This document shows, in pieces, positions 8,643 through 10,514 of a DNA stretch of 10,514 bases. Location: positions 1 through 10,514 of the forward strand of contig JAKLZA010000348.1 in NCBI GenBank assembly GCA_030704615.1, written 5' to 3'. How positions within the stretch are numbered: position 1 is the first letter of the stretch; each line of letters begins with the position of its first letter. The notes under the pieces are model-generated. The model had not been told where the DNA came from. It saw nothing but the letters and a program-made list of their open reading frames with translations, and did not search any database. This DNA is from Takakia lepidozioides (taxonomy: Eukaryota; Plantae; Bryophyta). Made by a program: the position numbers and the translations under genes.

Positions 8643-9527
8643 CTAGTCCACCCCACTGTGTGAAGAGCCTTGCTCTTCCATTGCAGTTGTTTCTGGCTCA
8701 AACACTCCCATTTCCTTCCTTTCTTGTGCATTAAGTATGCCAGAACTTAGGATTATTTGAGCAATGATTGGGCCAGACACTATGATAGGAGATTTTGCGG
8801 TAGTACCTTGTAATCTTTTCATCTCCTCTACCAGTGCGTTGTACATTATGTCCGCCCATGGTACCTCTTGTCCCTTCAAGCCTTTGAGGATTTCCTCTGT
8901 GAAGGATCTGCTCAAATATTGTTGGTTCTGTTTCAGGGCAATCAGAACGTTCAATACTTGGCCTATGTCTTTTAACCCTGGGTACACAGCTTTGGTACAA
9001 GCATAACCCTGAGTTTTAAAGAAACTCCCTTCTTGGAATAAATCCCCTATTTGCAGTCTTTCCCTGTGTTCCTCCACATACACATGACCTGCTGGCAATC
9101 GAAACAATTGCTGGAGGTATAGGGGAGTAATCATTAATTCAACTCCCTTCACCGTTGTTGTTCCTGTCTTTGGCTCAAAGTTCTGCAAAAATTGTAACAT
9201 GTACTGTCTATGGTGTAGTGTCCAATCCATGCTTTGCAATCCTTCCAATCTCAGCTCCTTCAGTATCTTTATCGCCTGTGGGGTAGCCATCGTTTGTTTC
9301 TGCAGAATTGTGGTGCTCTTCACCCTGATTTCCTCCATTCCTCTCACTCTCTTCATCTTAGACTCACAGAACTGCTTTGGCTGTAACAACTGCAGGAATG
9401 CCTGTAGTGCACAAAGCAGAAACGTATGGTTGCCGCAGAAAGCTATGGGTAATCTCTTGTAAGCCTGCGGGGCTTGCAAGCATTGTTCAAGAAAAAGCTC
9501 TGCTCTTTCGTTTCGTGTCTTTGCCAT
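8643..9527 (-). CDS. Extra-ORF segment 1: globular domain resembling plant retroelement accessory domains (PMD / Transposase_32-like)
   Basis: 294 aa. QFLQNF...TVKGVELMITPLYLQQLFRLPAG and EVPWADIMYNAL recall the 'EF..N...V.G..I.IT...I..L.LP..G' and 'W...LY..L' patterns of such ORFs. The resemblance is by eye only. Confidence 0.5.
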   Translation of the reverse strand: MAKTRNERAELFLEQCLQAPQAYKRLPIAFCGNHTFLLCALQAFLQLLQPKQFCESKMKRVRGMEEIRVKSTTILQKQTMATPQAIKILKELRLEGLQSMDWTLHHRQYMLQFLQNFEPKTGTTTVKGVELMITPLYLQQLFRLPAGHVYVEEHRERLQIGDLFQEGSFFKTQGYACTKAVYPGLKDIGQVLNVLIALKQNQQYLSRSFTEEILKGLKGQEVPWADIMYNALVEEMKRLQGTTAKSPIIVSGPIIAQIILSSGILNAQERKEMGVFEPETTAMEEQGSSHSGVD

Positions 9528-10036
9528 TGCGTAAGTAATATTGCGAGCGTATAGTCTGTTAGTTCCTCCATAGTTTCCAAGTTATAGCATTTATGGCCTG
9601 TCCTGTCGAGACGCCCGTTACTCAGAACGACGTCGCCTCTTGCGCTCAATTTCCTCCATTTTCTTGATCATTTCTCTGTTTTCTATTGGCTGTATCCGCT
9701 GTGACTGGATTTTAACTTTTATCTTCTTTAGTGGACTTTCCCTGTTGGATAGTCCACTAGGATCAACATGCGACATGAATTCAGTTTTTCTGTACTTGCC
9801 GTTCGTTCTTTCCTTTTTCCGTATTCATTAATGGGCCCGCCTTTCATCCCTTTGACGGCCGTTCTTGTCCTCTTTCTTTTTGACACCTGTCCTTGCACTT
9901 CATTCTCTGCTGTGTGTCGCACCCTGACCTCCACGTGTCTATTTTTAAATTAATTTCCGTTTCTTCTTCTTCAGCCATTTTCCTGAAGTTTTTATGTGTC
10001 CACTTGTCACTGATTCTATGGATCGTGTATTTTAGT

Positions 10037-10328
10037 AGGCTGTGTTGAGCTGTGACAGGCTGTGTCATACTGTGTTACGCTTGATAGGCTATGTTGCACT
10101 GTGGTAGCTGTGATAGGCTGTGACACGCTGCGGTAGTTGTGTAGGCTGTGTTGCGCCTTGTCTGGGTTGTGGTTGCTGTGTCACGTCGTGACGGCTGTGG
10201 TAGGCTGTGTTGCGCCTTGCTGGGCTGTGGTTGGCTGTGTCACGTCGTGATGGGCTGTGATAGGCTGTGTCACGCCGTGATGGGCGTGATAGCTGTGTCA
10301 CGCCGTGATGGCTGTGATAGGCTGTGCA
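10037..10328 (-). repeat. 30-bp CACAGC tandem array, copy B (complete array, degenerate and indel-rich)
   Basis: Reverse complement of the 4423-4599 array, continuing ~85 nt beyond the point where copy A is interrupted. Confidence 0.93.
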
Positions 10329-10514
10329 CGTTTGTTTTGCCCACCCCGTGTCATATATCTGGGCCTACGACAAGTGATTCCATACTCCTTTCGTTAACAC
10401 TGGTGCAGCCCTGACTGCTTTGACTGCTTTTTCGGTTCAAACATGCAAATCAATGCTGGCAGGGGTTGTCATGTACCACTGTACCCCTTCAACTTATTTG
10501 CAATTGACTCTTCC
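10329..10514 (-). pseudogene. pol: 3' end of integrase/pol, copy B (many 1-nt indels relative to copy A)
   Basis: The reverse complement ggaagagtcaattgcaaataagttgaaggggtac... aligns to 4249-4430. Confidence 0.85.

Larger units (their letters stand above)
5809..9527 (-). pseudogene. Large extra (accessory) ORF downstream of pol, ~1240 aa when four -1 frameshifts are repaired; may extend upstream to the ATG at 9978; function unknown
   Basis: ORFs 9527-8643, 8598-8158, 8140-7823, 7826-6807 and 6810-5809 each step by the same -1 frame offset, and each downstream frame is open across the upstream stop. One added base fuses each junction (G4 run 8651-8654; ~8160-8186; AA near 7833; G4 run 6866-6869). 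The breaks may be sequencing errors rather than decay. Confidence 0.75.
4600..10514 (-). mobile_element. Same-family Ty3/Gypsy element, copy B (3' half: pol end, array, extra ORF, PPT, 3' LTR)
   Basis: 10514..10121 is the reverse complement of 4249..4599 (integrase end plus array). On the - strand it is followed by long ORFs, a PPT and a TG...CA-bounded segment. Confidence 0.88.

Noticed and set aside
284-9953. Short antisense or alternate-frame ORFs overlapping gag-pol and the extra ORF
   Set aside because: They are shadow ORFs of 60-133 aa with no recognisable motifs.
4249-10514. Terminal inverted repeats of a DNA transposon/DIRS element, or a fold-back read artefact
   Set aside because: The inverted segments are integrase-coding sequence with copy-specific variants, and the junction coincides with an LTR terminus whose other end abuts a PPT.

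Overview
Eukaryotic, probably land-plant, retrotransposon DNA. The window holds two copies of the same Ty3/Gypsy (non-chromovirus-like) LTR element, nested in opposite orientation. Copy A (+ strand, <1..4599) carries gag-pol in the order zinc knuckle, protease, RT, RNase H, integrase, with one +1 frameshift near 3489. It is cut at 4599/4600, inside a 30-bp CACAGC tandem array. Copy B (- strand, >10514..4600) supplies, in order: the end of pol, the same array, a very large extra sense ORF, a polypurine tract (5774-5787) and a predicted 1171-bp 3' LTR (5770..4600, TGT...ACA). The five ORFs at 9527..5809 appear to be one ~1240-aa or longer ORF broken by single-base deletions. The most unusual feature is the combination of this unexplained, probably nuclear accessory protein with CACAGC-motif arrays both in the LTR and upstream of the accessory ORF, plus insertion of the element into its own array. 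Function is hypothesis only. Indels increase towards the right end, so sequence error is likely there.
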